Shown: positions 11,975 to 22,437 of the stretch, piece by piece
How the letters are laid out: each line of letters begins with the position of its first letter
Numbering within the stretch: position 1 is the first letter of the stretch
Assembly (NCBI GenBank): GCA_051439425.1
Contig: JBFRWD010000102.1
Span: 5,603-69,602 of the forward strand
DNA length: 64,000 bases
Reading direction: 5' to 3'
Origin: Synechococcus sp.
Lineage (GTDB): Bacteria; Cyanobacteriota; Cyanobacteriia; Thermostichales; PCC-7336
Translations under genes and position numbers: made by a program
Notes under the pieces: generated by a model
The model's database searches: none
Seen by the model: the letters and a program-made list of their open reading frames with translations, nothing else
What the model was told of the DNA's origin: nothing

Positions 11975-12448
11975 ATGTATGGAAAACAATCACCTGCTGA
12001 AGAGCGCTTTCTATCGAGCTTGCCTTATATCCTGCCCATGGTGCAAGCCTTGCCCCTAGGAGGATATTTATACTTCCAGTTTCCATTTCTTGCCCAATTG
12101 GTCAGGCCGTTATTCCCCTTATTTCCTATCTTGGAAGGAAACTTTGCCATCAGCTTGCTGATCTTTTTCGGCCTACTGTTCGGAGTTGTCCGGAATCGGT
12201 CGTTCAGTCGATTTATCCGGTTTAATACGATGCAAGCATTGCTAATGGGGATCGGTCTTTCTCTACTCCAGATTATATTGGCAGCCTTAGGCTCCTTATT
12301 GGGTGGGGTAACCGTTCAAGCAATGGCATCGGGTTTATTTCTATTGACTTTTGGAATCGCGATCTATGCGTTTATCCAAATATGGCAAGGTAAATATACT
12401 GATATTCCTGTCCTATCGGAAGCAGCAAACAGTCAGGTGATCTATTAG
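11975..12448 (+). CDS. Tic20/Ycf60 family membrane protein
   Basis: ERFLSSLPYILP, VVRNRSFSRFIRFNTMQALL, GKYTDIPVLSEAA; ATG at 11975. Confidence 0.88.
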   Translation: MYGKQSPAEERFLSSLPYILPMVQALPLGGYLYFQFPFLAQLVRPLFPLFPILEGNFAISLLIFFGLLFGVVRNRSFSRFIRFNTMQALLMGIGLSLLQIILAALGSLLGGVTVQAMASGLFLLTFGIAIYAFIQIWQGKYTDIPVLSEAANSQVIY

Positions 12449-12673
12449 CTCCTTTCAATAGAAACGGCCAGCTTGCCCTCGTTTGCTTGACACTTAGCCG
12501 TAGAAATATCACGAGTTCGAATTGATGCCGAAACACGGAGCATACCTGTGCTGAAGTTCTGCAACTTGCATTGGTTAGTCCTGCTTTCATAGATATACGT
12601 CTTAGCGCAAGCATCCATAACTATCGTGGCCAAGAAATAGCTAGTTTTGCAAGCTAGGCTATCGTGAGAAGCG

Positions 12674-12700
12674 GGAACTTAGTGTTCCTGTGGTGCGTCT
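12674..12700 (+). promoter_or_regulatory. ECF sigma-type promoter upstream of sigG
   Basis: GGAACTT-N16-GTCT about 80 bp upstream of the sigma gene start. Confidence 0.65.
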
Positions 12701-12778
12701 TGTGGCCTGAGGTGTGAATCGCTCTGCAGCAGCCAGCGGTCGAGCCCTAGAAGCCCACGTACCGGAGTTGTTCTCGGC

Positions 12779-13435
12779 ATGAGCGAAGTCTCCTCCTTGA
12801 CTTGGTCACAATCCATATCAAATGCTGGGCCGCCCCTGCAGCCCAACACGCTCACAACACTGGAATTAATTTCAGTCTGTCAATCGTCGCTGCGCCCCAA
12901 TAAGGCAGCCTTTGCAGAACTCATCCGTCGCCACCAATCCGATGTCGATCGCACACTGTACCACTTAGCCCCAGACTGGAACGACCGACACGATCTAGCC
13001 CAGGAAGTCTGGTTGCGAGTTTTCCGACATTTACGCCGCCTAAAAGAACCTGCAAAATTCAAGGGATGGCTCAGTCGTATTGCCACCAATCTGTTTTACG
13101 ACGAGCTCCGCAAGCGCAAGAGAAACCGACGTCCACTGTCTCTAGATGCGCAAATCCCAGTCAGCGATGGAGAAATCGATTGGGAGTTGCCTAGCGATGC
13201 CATCAGTCCAGATGAAGCGCTTAGCACCCAAGAATTTTACGAACATTTGCACAGCGCGGTGCAAAATCTGCCTGAGTCGTTTCGCCAAACAATAGTATTG
13301 CGAGAAATTCAAGGGCTCTCATACGAAGAAATCGCCGAGATTACCCACGTTTCTTTAGGCACGGTCAAATCTCGCATTGCTAGAGCTCGGGCACGATTGC
13401 AAAATATGTTAAAGCCTTATCTAGACAGCCATTGA
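12779..13435 (+). CDS. sigG: ECF RNA polymerase sigma factor (SigG type)
   Basis: Region 2 DLAQEVWLRVF..FKGWLSRIATNLFYD; region 4 LREIQGLSYEEIAEI..GTVKSRIARAR. Confidence 0.9.
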   Translation: MSEVSSLTWSQSISNAGPPLQPNTLTTLELISVCQSSLRPNKAAFAELIRRHQSDVDRTLYHLAPDWNDRHDLAQEVWLRVFRHLRRLKEPAKFKGWLSRIATNLFYDELRKRKRNRRPLSLDAQIPVSDGEIDWELPSDAISPDEALSTQEFYEHLHSAVQNLPESFRQTIVLREIQGLSYEEIAEITHVSLGTVKSRIARARARLQNMLKPYLDSH

Positions 13436-13451
13436 GGAGGGTCATTCAAAG

Positions 13452-13982
13452 ATGCGACAACGACCCACAAACCACCTATCCGACCAAGAATGGGAACGAC
13501 TCAGTGCCTACATTGATGGAGAAGTGACGACAGTAGAGAGAGCGCAAATCGAATACAAGCTAACGAACGATGCCAGTTATCAACACGCTTACTCCTGCCT
13601 GCTTCACCTCCAAGACGGCTTCGCAAGACTACCCTTGCCTTCCCCTCAAGATCGATCGTGCATGTCGGCTGATGAAATGGCAGAAACCGTTCTCCAACGG
13701 CTAGAAAAAGCGCCACTGTCGGGGGCTATCTCTCCCACTGGAGCTAGACGTTGGGCTCGTCTAGCGGCAGGCGTTATTGTACTGGTTTCAGCCGGAAGCT
13801 TAGTTTGGCGCATCGGGCAGCCATCGCGGCCAAAATTATTGATTTCGTTGGACGAACCTCCATTCGATATCCCAACGGAGATTGTCACTCCCGAACTCAC
13901 GTCTACTCACAAAGCTGAATCCTATTTACTATCTCCAGGAACTATGGACGATGCTTATTCCATCCTGCTAACAGATATCTAG
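13452..13982 (+). CDS. Anti-sigma factor (zf-HC2-like N-terminus, one TM helix)
   Basis: ERLSAYIDGEV motif and central TM segment; starts 16 bp after sigG. Confidence 0.8.
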   Translation: MRQRPTNHLSDQEWERLSAYIDGEVTTVERAQIEYKLTNDASYQHAYSCLLHLQDGFARLPLPSPQDRSCMSADEMAETVLQRLEKAPLSGAISPTGARRWARLAAGVIVLVSAGSLVWRIGQPSRPKLLISLDEPPFDIPTEIVTPELTSTHKAESYLLSPGTMDDAYSILLTDI

Positions 13983-14017
13983 GTATCTAGCGCAATGCTC
14001 TCGATTGTTCCCCGTTC

Positions 14018-14644
14018 ATGATGTCCGTCCTCCCAATTTTCTGCGCAACAGTTTCGAAAGTGCTTGTGCGAATGCAGTCCTTTGCCCATCGCTCTGCGTT
14101 GCTAGGCGTTGTTAGCGCTTTCACCTGCACGATCGCGCCTAGTTCGATATACGTAGAAACTGCTGCTGCTCAAGAGATCGTAAGTCAGCCAACGGCGCAA
14201 TCTGACGAAGTATCCCTCCCAATCGATCGCATTCTCGACACAGCTGAGCCAATCAGTGAAGACTCGGACACCTTCAAACCGACGCTGTCGGAACTAGACT
14301 TCAATCGCCTTCCGCACCCTTACGAATCCGTTCCACCACGCTTAGAAGTCGATTTATCTCAACTCGTCCTTCTCCCCAGCCCCAACACTGTGACATGGCT
14401 GGACAAGCAATTTGAAACTGAGGTAGCTTCCATCAATTCGCGAATTGCATTTCGCCAAGAACTATTGCAGCAGCTACTTCAAGATCCTGACAGCAGCGAC
14501 GATCGCATTCGCCAGGTGCAATCCATCTTGAGCCAACTGCGCGCAGAACGAGATCGAATCGCGATCGAGCATCTGCTCCTAGTCAGGCAAGTCAGTGAAA
14601 ATGGTAGTCTACCGACCCAAGCCACCAGCTCTGGCCTGGAATGA
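14018..14644 (+). CDS. Exported protein with Spy/CpxP-like helical C-terminus
   Basis: Signal-like N-terminus; RQELLQQLLQDPDSSDDRIRQVQSILSQLR segment; third gene of the sigG cluster. Confidence 0.55.
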   Translation: MMSVLPIFCATVSKVLVRMQSFAHRSALLGVVSAFTCTIAPSSIYVETAAAQEIVSQPTAQSDEVSLPIDRILDTAEPISEDSDTFKPTLSELDFNRLPHPYESVPPRLEVDLSQLVLLPSPNTVTWLDKQFETEVASINSRIAFRQELLQQLLQDPDSSDDRIRQVQSILSQLRAERDRIAIEHLLLVRQVSENGSLPTQATSSGLE

Positions 14645-14729
14645 GAGCAAGCATCGCAATACCGTTGACTTCGAAAGCCCGCTCATAGAAACAGTGACTT
14701 CTCAGAAAAGGCATCAATAGCTATCTAGC

Positions 14730-14766
14730 AATCCGCTGCAAGGTCTGGAGGGCGAGGATAACTCAA
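14730..14766 (+). repeat. 37-bp dispersed repeat, copy 1
   Basis: AATCCGCTGCAAGGTCTGGAGGGCGAGGATAACTCAA; 33/37 identical to 29054-29090. Confidence 0.8.
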
Positions 14767-14825
14767 AATCTCAGGCCATTACAAGAAAAAGGGCTAGAGG
14801 AGCCTCCATAACTGATTTCGGAAAG

Positions 14826-15668
14826 CTATAGGAACCGTGTTAACTCAACTCGATAGCGACCTTTTTTCGTCGTACTGATAGAACCCACTTGAACTCGTCC
14901 ACGACCTCGAATCGCAATGAGATCGCCAGAATTCACCGGACGGCTAGCTTGAGTAATTGTTTTCCAGTTAACTTTGACTTCTCCAGAACTGATATCCCCA
15001 GCCATTCGACTGCGAGACGAGCTAAATCCAGCAGAAGCGATCGCATCCAGGCGCATAGAAGCTTCTACAGTCGTCAAGGTCTTCGTTCTGGGAGGACGTA
15101 CCCGAAGTTCCGATAGATCGATGGATTTGGCCTTAACGGGGACAGATCTGACTTGAGTCAAATTCATCTCAAGATGAGGAACAAGCTGTGGTTCTACTAA
15201 AAACTGTGCCCCTTGCTCCCCCAACAGCAGGATGTCACCCACTTTCTCTCTCACAATGCCAGTGCCCAATATGGCCCCGAGAAAATCTCGATGGGTAGCC
15301 GTATCGAACAAGAAGTTGCCTCGAATATCCATAGCAGCCAGATCGACCGCCGACTTAGCCAAAGCATGAGGATCGCTAGGGTCTGGGTCGATCAGAAGGC
15401 TGGGACGAGCAATTGCCAAGCGTTGCCGTTCTGCCTGAGGGAAGCCCCCCCACGGCACAAGCTCAACTTCAGTCAGCGGCTGCAACAGTAGGAGTGCCTC
15501 AGCCACCTCTGGGGGAGAAAGGAAATCAGAACAAACGATTTCCCAGCTCTTCAATGCTTGCTCGGCTAAATCAATAACACGAGCAATGGCTGCACGGTTT
15601 TCAACCTTAGCTAGCAATTCAGCTCGCGGTAGCAACCCACTACTAGTGTCGAATGTTTTCACAGTCAT
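14826..15668 (-). CDS. Photosystem II S4 domain protein (YlmH/Sll1252 family)
   Basis: LLPRAELL start (TTG about 15635 plausible), HRDFLGAILGTGIVREKVGDI, S4 domain ASMRLDAIASAGFSSSRS..IRGRGR. Confidence 0.9.
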   Translation of the reverse strand: MTVKTFDTSSGLLPRAELLAKVENRAAIARVIDLAEQALKSWEIVCSDFLSPPEVAEALLLLQPLTEVELVPWGGFPQAERQRLAIARPSLLIDPDPSDPHALAKSAVDLAAMDIRGNFLFDTATHRDFLGAILGTGIVREKVGDILLLGEQGAQFLVEPQLVPHLEMNLTQVRSVPVKAKSIDLSELRVRPPRTKTLTTVEASMRLDAIASAGFSSSRSRMAGDISSGEVKVNWKTITQASRPVNSGDLIAIRGRGRVQVGSISTTKKGRYRVELTRFL

Positions 15669-15949
15669 GCGGCTCAGAAACTCGTACTGGATGCCGAGGT
15701 GTTACCTAACGGATTTCAGTAGCAACTCATCTTGTTTGGCGATGTGCTCCCCATTGTAAAGACAAGGCAGCGTAACGCCACTGAGCAATTGAGTACCCTT
15801 ACTTATTCGACTCGGATTCCCTACCCGGCATCCAGCGTCCTAACTGTCGAGGAATCCAGTCCGAATGGCTATTCATCAACACAACGTTTGCCGCACAATG
15901 TTCAACCCGTGCCTTCACATGTGGAGCGTATGCACAAGTTCGCGTCTCG

Positions 15950-17293
15950 CTAACCTGCCGTTTGGATACGCCGGTTGAGTACTTCTAAGGCTTGGATGAA
16001 TTGAGGATCGCTATCTTCTCCGAGCTCAGATCGCTTCAAAACGCGATCGCCAGTCAGCCCAACAACGTAATCCGGCTCAATCCCCAACTTGTTGATGTCG
16101 CGCCCGCTTGGAGTCGCATATTTCGCAATTGTGACCGCGAGTCCAGCACCATCAGGCATATCTACCAATGACTGGATTAACCCTTTGCCAAAAGTGCGTG
16201 TCCCCACTAAGACGGCACGATCGCTATCTTGCAATGCCCCAGCGAGCACTTCCGAGGCACTGGCGGTTCCCTTATTTACCAACACAACTAACGGTTTATC
16301 GGTCAAGGTTGTCGAAGTTGCATCAGCACTGTCACTAATCCCGTTGCGGTCGATGGTAAACACAATTGGGCCACGATCGATCCACATTTGGGCGACTTCA
16401 ATCCCTGCCTTTAATAAACCGCCGGGGTTTCCTCTCAGGTCAAGGATATAGCCTGCAACAGACTTGGCTTCAGCAGCCTGAATCGCCGCACGCATCTCAC
16501 TGACAGCATTGCCATTAAATTGATTGAGCCGGATATAAGCAACGGAACGATCACCCGCTGCACGCGTCCGAATCTTAGTACGAATGGGATTGATTTCAAT
16601 CGACTCTCGCTTCAGCTGAACCTCAAAATCGTGCTCGTCTCGCCGCAAGCTCAGATATACAGTTGTGTCAGTCATCCCTCTCAGGTGATTGGCAACCTCA
16701 TCTAACGTCCAATCGTCAATCTCGACACCGTCGATTGCCAACAACACATCATCTGGTTGCAAACCAGCGCGATCGGCGGGAGTCCCTTCCAGTGGAGAAA
16801 TCACGCGAATGTGACCATCCTCGTCAAGTGCAATCTGCAAACCGACGCCATTCAGCTCTCCAGCAGTAGATGTTTGTAAACTGCGATAGTTGGCTGGAGG
16901 CAAAAAACGGGTGAATGGATCGTCAAGTGTGGAGAGCATCGTACCGATTTCTGCGTAGGCCTCTTCAGGGGAAGCCATCGGGTGACGGATAAACTCCTGC
17001 CGCACTTTCCACCAGTCTTGGCCATTAAACGTGGGATCGACATAGGAGCGATCGATCGTTGTCCATACTTGTGCCAGCAGTTTCTGCTCAGCCCCCCATC
17101 CCGCGCGCGGCTGACACGCGGCCAAGCTCCAGCAAGCCACTAGTACGAGTAAGCCAGTTGCATAACGCTTGAAGGCGATCGCATTGCCACTGCGAGCCTG
17201 GAAAACCCTGCCAAAGCAAGAGAGCAACGATTGACTCACCCCGCCCTTCTGTAGCTGGCGCATCATATATGTAAATAAGAGCTTCATAAACAA
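15950..17293 (-). CDS. ctpA: Carboxyl-terminal processing protease CtpA
   Basis: PDZ GVGLQI; S41 motifs LDLRGNPGG, TASASEVLAGAL, GKGLIQS; divergent from petB; true start probably downstream of 17293. Confidence 0.92.
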   Translation of the reverse strand: MFMKLLFTYMMRQLQKGGVSQSLLSCFGRVFQARSGNAIAFKRYATGLLVLVACWSLAACQPRAGWGAEQKLLAQVWTTIDRSYVDPTFNGQDWWKVRQEFIRHPMASPEEAYAEIGTMLSTLDDPFTRFLPPANYRSLQTSTAGELNGVGLQIALDEDGHIRVISPLEGTPADRAGLQPDDVLLAIDGVEIDDWTLDEVANHLRGMTDTTVYLSLRRDEHDFEVQLKRESIEINPIRTKIRTRAAGDRSVAYIRLNQFNGNAVSEMRAAIQAAEAKSVAGYILDLRGNPGGLLKAGIEVAQMWIDRGPIVFTIDRNGISDSADATSTTLTDKPLVVLVNKGTASASEVLAGALQDSDRAVLVGTRTFGKGLIQSLVDMPDGAGLAVTIAKYATPSGRDINKLGIEPDYVVGLTGDRVLKRSELGEDSDPQFIQALEVLNRRIQTAG

Positions 17294-17431
17294 CTGCGAA
17301 GCAGCAACAACCGATCCACGACATTATTATCCGTGCTGGCAGGGAATTGCCACCAATGGTTTCTACAAACAAGTCTCTAAATGCTTATCAATCGGGACCT
17401 TCAGGCCAATCTAAGCTCGCGACCTGGCCAC

Positions 17432-17449
17432 TTTACATAAGGCTACATT
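17432..17449 (+). promoter_or_regulatory. HLR1-like (RpaB) direct repeat between ctpA and petB
   Basis: TTTACATA-AG-GCTACATT versus (G/T)TTACA(T/A)(T/A)-N2-repeat; one mismatch. Confidence 0.55.
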
Positions 17450-17515
17450 TTTGGCTGTCTGTGATACGCTGATTTCATGCCTGGAGAGGATTTGCACTTA
17501 TAAGGTTTAAGTTTT

Positions 17516-18163
17516 ATGGCGAAGGTTTATGACTGGTTGGACGAGCGGCTAGAGCTGACCCCCTTTGTGGATGACGCTACTGGTAAGTTTATTCCCCCGC
17601 ACGTCAACATTTTTTATTGCTTAGGTGGCGTCACGCTGGTTTGCTTCATTATTCAGTTTGCAACCGGTTTCGCGATGACCTTCTATTACAAGCCCACAGT
17701 GGCAGAAGCATTTAACTCGGTTAACTTCATCATGACCCAGGTCAACTTTGGTTGGCTGATTCGCTCTATCCATCGCTGGAGTGCGTCAATGATGGTGTTG
17801 GTCATGATCTTGCACGTCTTTCGTGTGTACCTAACTGGTGGCTTTAAAAAGCCTCGCGAGTTGACCTGGGTAACCGGTGTTTTACTTGCGGTTATCACCG
17901 TTTCCTTCGGAGTTACCGGCTACTCTCTCCCCTGGGACCAGGTTGGTTACTGGGCTGTGAAGATTGTGTCCGGTGTTCCTAGTGCGATTCCTGTTGTCGG
18001 TGGCACACTTGTTGAGCTGATCCGCGGTAGCGAGAGTGTTGGACAAGCAACCCTGACCCGCTTCTACAGCTTGCACACGTTTGTTTTGCCTTGGTTAATT
18101 GCAGTCTTCATGCTGATGCACTTCCTTATGATCCGTAAACAAGGTATTTCTGGCCCCTTGTAA
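17516..18163 (+). CDS. petB: Cytochrome b6
   Basis: 215 aa; [42 protein letters not shown]. Confidence 0.99.
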   Translation: MAKVYDWLDERLELTPFVDDATGKFIPPHVNIFYCLGGVTLVCFIIQFATGFAMTFYYKPTVAEAFNSVNFIMTQVNFGWLIRSIHRWSASMMVLVMILHVFRVYLTGGFKKPRELTWVTGVLLAVITVSFGVTGYSLPWDQVGYWAVKIVSGVPSAIPVVGGTLVELIRGSESVGQATLTRFYSLHTFVLPWLIAVFMLMHFLMIRKQGISGPL

Positions 18164-18248
18164 ATTCCTCGGATTGAAGCGGTAGGGCTATGATGAGTCA
18201 TACCGCTTTTTTCTGCATTTTTATTTCGCACCTGTAGAGAGTTTTGCT

Positions 18249-18731
18249 ATGCCAGTTATTAGAAAAGTCGATCTGGACAACCCCAAGGTTCGCGCCAAGC
18301 TTGAAAAAAACATGGGCCACATGACCTATGGTGAGCCTGCTTGGCCGAACGACTTACTGTTCATGTTCCCGGTCGTAATTTTGGGAACCATCGCAATGGT
18401 TGTAGCGTTTGCTGTCATGGAGCCTGCTGGTGTGGGTGAAGCAGCCGACCCATTTGCTACTCCACTAGAAATCTTGCCTGAGTGGTATCTGTACCCTGCA
18501 TTCCAGCTTCTGCGTATTGCACCAAACAAGTTGCTGGGTATTGCTCTGATGAGTGCTATTCCTGCGGGACTTCTGTTCGTTCCTTTCATCGAGAACGTCA
18601 ACAAGTTTCAGAACCCCCTGCGCCGCCCCGTGGCTACTGCAGTGTTTTTGTTTGGTACTCTGTTCACCCTATACATGGGCATCGGTGCCACCCTACCTCT
18701 AGACAAGTCTTTGTCTCTGGGTTTGTTCTAG
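18249..18731 (+). CDS. petD: Cytochrome b6f subunit IV
   Basis: [30 protein letters not shown]. Confidence 0.99.
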   Translation: MPVIRKVDLDNPKVRAKLEKNMGHMTYGEPAWPNDLLFMFPVVILGTIAMVVAFAVMEPAGVGEAADPFATPLEILPEWYLYPAFQLLRIAPNKLLGIALMSAIPAGLLFVPFIENVNKFQNPLRRPVATAVFLFGTLFTLYMGIGATLPLDKSLSLGLF

Positions 18732-18754
18732 AACGACTAATGGTTTTAGTCTTC

Positions 18755-18778
18755 AGGAGCCCTAGGGCTCCTTTTTTT
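18755..18778 (+). terminator. Terminator after petD
   Basis: Palindrome AGGAGCCC-TA-GGGCTCCT followed by a T run. Confidence 0.85.
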
Positions 18779-18911
18779 GTAGCCATGAATATCGCCGACT
18801 CTTAATTGGACGTCTAGCCATTGTCACGGGACAGCATGGCCTTGACGCTGCTTACAATATCCGAGCGGCTAGCGATCTCTACGTCGAATCGCACGCATAG
18901 TGGTAAGTCAA

Positions 18912-19412
18912 CTATGCTAAAGCAACCGTCTGGTTGAAAAAATCCATCAGTTGGCGATTGTGATCGTGGGCCAAATCTTGCATGGCAATATCCTCCGGAG
19001 CAAAATCGCGCACAGTGACAATTTCTGCCGTATCGTAGACCCGAAATTGACCGCTAACCTCCACAGAAACAGCGATGCATACCGAATGCATGCGCGGATC
19101 GCGTCCCAAGCTTGAGTACACTCCCACCAGTTGGGGGTCACCCACAATATCCAATCCCGTTTCCTCGTGGAGTTCTCGCCGGGCTGCAGTGGCTATATCT
19201 TCTCCCCAATCCACCAAGCCACCAGGTAATGCCCATTGACGCGTATCTCTCCGCTGCACCAGCACAATTCGTCCGTTTGGCAAGACAGGAATGATCGTCG
19301 TACCCGGTAATGGTCGTCGCAGAAGCACCCCCAACAAAGTACGGCCGATCCGCCATAGCTGTGACATCGATTCTTCAACGAGAGACAACATCAGGTGAGT
19401 CATAGCTTCCAT
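18912..19412 (-). CDS. NUDIX hydrolase
   Basis: Nudix box PGGLVDWGEDIATAARRELHEETGL; start uncertain. Confidence 0.9.
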   Translation of the reverse strand: MEAMTHLMLSLVEESMSQLWRIGRTLLGVLLRRPLPGTTIIPVLPNGRIVLVQRRDTRQWALPGGLVDWGEDIATAARRELHEETGLDIVGDPQLVGVYSSLGRDPRMHSVCIAVSVEVSGQFRVYDTAEIVTVRDFAPEDIAMQDLAHDHNRQLMDFFNQTVALA

Positions 19413-19562
19413 CGCCCGAGAAAGGATAGCCCGAGCAACAAGAAAACTGACATCGCGAGCCTAGCATCGACCGACACAGGCAAATACTGCGAAGGTACAT
19501 TGGTACGTTATTTTGAACATTAGAAACTGCTACTAGTAAGACAGTTTGGGAGATGTAGACCT

Positions 19563-20786
19563 CTGTTTGACGCTGTTGTTATCGGTTCTGGGCCTGCTGG
19601 ATTGGCAATTGCAGCCGCATTGTGCGATCGCAAGCTTTCAGTCGCAGCCATCGCTCCACAAGCTGCCACCATCCCTTGGGAAAACACCTACGGTATTTGG
19701 CGCGATGAGCTAGAAGCACTGAACCTTACGCACCTCTTAAGTCATAGCTGGACTAACTGCGTCTCGTACTTTGGCAGCACACCAACCCAGCATCCTCGGG
19801 CATACGGGCTGTTTGATAAACAGAAATTGCAAACCTATTTGCTAGAACGTGCCAGGTCGGTCACCTGGTTCACCGACACAGTGTTCGGAATCGAGCACGG
19901 CCCCCGCATGTCGAAAATCGCCACAGAAACAGGTCAAACTATTGCAGCCAGAGTGGCGATCGATGCTAGCGGTCACCAACCCGCCATTATTCAGCGGGCC
20001 GTCAAGCACAACATTGCCTATCAAACGGCTTACGGGATAGTCGGTAAATTTTCCAAGCCTCCGATCGCCCCCGAACAATTTGTGCTGATGGACTATCGAA
20101 ACAACCATCTGACGGATAACGACCGCCGCCTGCCCCCTACTTTCTTGTACGCGATGGACTTAGGGAAAGACGTCTACTTTGTGGAAGAAACCTCCCTCGC
20201 CTTCAGTCCAGCTATCTCGTTTGACACTCTTGAGCTACGCCTGCACAAGCGACTGGCTGACAACGGGGTTACAGTCACTGACGTTCACCACGTCGAGCGC
20301 TGTATCTTTCCCATGAATCTACCATTGCCGGACTTGTCTCAACCAGTCGTGGGCTTTGGGGGTGCAGCCAGTATGGTGCATCCAGCATCAGGGTATATGG
20401 TGGGTGCACTGTTACGCCGCGCTCCGGAGCTAGCAGACGCCATCACAGAAGCATTGCAAGACACCCGTCGCGCACCAGCGGAGATTGCCCGAGCAGGCTG
20501 GGAAGGATTGTGGTCTCGCGATCGCCTGCGAAAGTACTACCTGTATTTATTCGGTTTGGAGGCCCTAATTGGATTTGAAACCGAGCGTCTCAACCATCAC
20601 TTCCAGACGTTTTTCAGCTTGCCTCAGTCTGACTGGTCTGGATTCTTAAGCGATACGCTATCAACTCCTGAGTTAGTAAGGGCCATGTTAGGGCTATTTG
20701 GACGCGCTCCCAATGATGTGCGTTGGGGACTGATGCGCTCGGTACGCGGCTCGGGGTCTCTGCTATGGCGTTCCCTTGCGGCTTGA
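19563..20786 (+). CDS. crtL: CrtL-type lycopene cyclase, probably starting at CTG 19563
   Basis: In-frame extension of ORF 19602 gives (L)FDAVVIGSGPAGLAIAAAL, the FAD-binding GxGxxG; also AYQTAYG, FVLMDYR, PTFLYAM, EETSL, VHPASGY. Confidence 0.88.
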   Translation: MFDAVVIGSGPAGLAIAAALCDRKLSVAAIAPQAATIPWENTYGIWRDELEALNLTHLLSHSWTNCVSYFGSTPTQHPRAYGLFDKQKLQTYLLERARSVTWFTDTVFGIEHGPRMSKIATETGQTIAARVAIDASGHQPAIIQRAVKHNIAYQTAYGIVGKFSKPPIAPEQFVLMDYRNNHLTDNDRRLPPTFLYAMDLGKDVYFVEETSLAFSPAISFDTLELRLHKRLADNGVTVTDVHHVERCIFPMNLPLPDLSQPVVGFGGAASMVHPASGYMVGALLRRAPELADAITEALQDTRRAPAEIARAGWEGLWSRDRLRKYYLYLFGLEALIGFETERLNHHFQTFFSLPQSDWSGFLSDTLSTPELVRAMLGLFGRAPNDVRWGLMRSVRGSGSLLWRSLAA

Positions 20787-21255
20787 CAACCCGTTTGCCT
20801 GGGGGGCAGAAGACTCCATCACCAGGTGATTTCACGCTTGGAAATGTCTGTCAGATATCTTTGCCGGAATACAATTCAACCAGACGGGCACATTCAGAAT
20901 GCACAGACATCCTGAAGCCGCGCCGCTATGTAAGTGCAGCCAACCATCAATCTCAATGACCTGTCCTATGCTGCCAAGTTATCCGCACACTGGTAAACAA
21001 CTGTCCGGCACAATCACAGCTCATCAGAAATCGATATTCTAGAGACTGGCACTTAAATGCCAAAATCGTCACAGTCTGAAGCAAGCGACTGCAATCTCCC
21101 CACCTGCTCCAAGACGATCGCTGTATTCACAAGTTCAATCTGCAGTTGGCAGTATCATTGCACAACCCAAAAACAGAGAAGGACAACGCAGCACACACAC
21201 GAGCTCGCATAGTAGCCATGCACAGCCCAGCCAGAAGAACTTCAGGAGATGCATT

Positions 21256-22437
21256 GTGGCTGTAACATCCACGCCGTTACCCTCCTCATCCAAACTAGGC
21301 TGGTGGAAGCTTGGATTGCTCGATCGCTACATGCTGTTCCAAATGCTCGTGCCCTTCCTGTTTGGAGTGGCAGCATTCACAGGTGTCGGAACCACGATCG
21401 ATTCCCTCTTTGAAATCATTCGCTTGGTGGGAGACGGTCTACCACTACTGGTGGGTCTCCAACTTTACATCCTGGGGGCTCCGAAGATTATTGTGCTGAC
21501 ATTTCCAATGTCAGTGCTGTTAGCGACCTTGTTAACCTACAATCGCATGTCCTCCGATAGCGAAATTGTAGCGTTGCGCAGTTGTGGCGTTAGCCCTCTG
21601 AGACTAATGTTGCCAGCCCTACTCTTAAGCCTGATTGTTACCAGCCTGACATTTGTGTTCAATGAGGCGATTGTGCCTCGCAGCAGTACTTACGTCGATC
21701 GCATGGTGGAACAAGTTTTTGGAGATCATGCCAGTATTCGCAACAACAACATTCTGTACCAGGAATTAGGGAATAACATCAATGCACCCAGTCATCCCAA
21801 TCCCAACGAAGAGCGCGATCGCAAACTCAACCGATTATTCTTTGCCCGCCGGTTTGACGGTGAAACCATGACAGGGATTACCCTGCTGGACTTTACGGGG
21901 GAAGAGCGGCGCATCCTTGTGGCTCAGCAAGGAATCTGGTTAGGTGAGGACGAAGGATGGGAATTTACCAACGGAACCTCCTACATCCTGAACGATGATG
22001 GTTCGTATCAAACCGTCGCTCCCTTTCAAGCAATGGTGGTCGATTTGCCCCGCTCCCCAATCGACTCTAGCGTCGTTCAAGATTCCGAGAGCATGAATAT
22101 CCCGCAACTGCAGAATTACATTCGGTTACAGGAACGAGCGGGGCAACGGGACAAGGTTCGCAGTTTACGAATGGATTTAGCTCTCAAATACGCCATTCCG
22201 TTTGCTTGTATAGCGTTTGGGTTAATTGGTGCTCCATTGGGAATGCGGTTGCAACGAACGAGCGGAGCCCTAGGGTTCAGCCTTAGTATTCTGCTAATCT
22301 TTCTCTACTACGTTTTGCTATCAGTGGCTCAAGGACTGGGGCAAACCGGACTCAACCCGACTGTGGCGGCCTGGATGCCGAACGCCATGGGTTGGGGAGC
22401 GGCTGCGCTCCTATTATGGCGTTCGGCAAAAGCGTAA
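21256..22437 (+). CDS. LptF/LptG (YjgP/YjgQ) family permease
   Basis: LDRY start, LSSDSEIVALRSCGVS motif, 3 TM + periplasmic domain + 3 TM layout. Confidence 0.9.
   Translation: MAVTSTPLPSSSKLGWWKLGLLDRYMLFQMLVPFLFGVAAFTGVGTTIDSLFEIIRLVGDGLPLLVGLQLYILGAPKIIVLTFPMSVLLATLLTYNRMSSDSEIVALRSCGVSPLRLMLPALLLSLIVTSLTFVFNEAIVPRSSTYVDRMVEQVFGDHASIRNNNILYQELGNNINAPSHPNPNEERDRKLNRLFFARRFDGETMTGITLLDFTGEERRILVAQQGIWLGEDEGWEFTNGTSYILNDDGSYQTVAPFQAMVVDLPRSPIDSSVVQDSESMNIPQLQNYIRLQERAGQRDKVRSLRMDLALKYAIPFACIAFGLIGAPLGMRLQRTSGALGFSLSILLIFLYYVLLSVAQGLGQTGLNPTVAAWMPNAMGWGAAALLLWRSAKA

Noticed and set aside
12445-12633. 62-aa minus-strand ORF between the Tic20 gene and sigG
   Set aside because: No motif; composition not convincingly protein-like; lies in promoter-proximal DNA
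15687-15835. Long-range inverted repeat CTGGATGCCG / CGGCATCCAG between ctpA and the S4 gene, considered as a 6S RNA or MITE
   Set aside because: Only 10 bp perfect, no TSD, no extended rod visible, and not the usual 6S context
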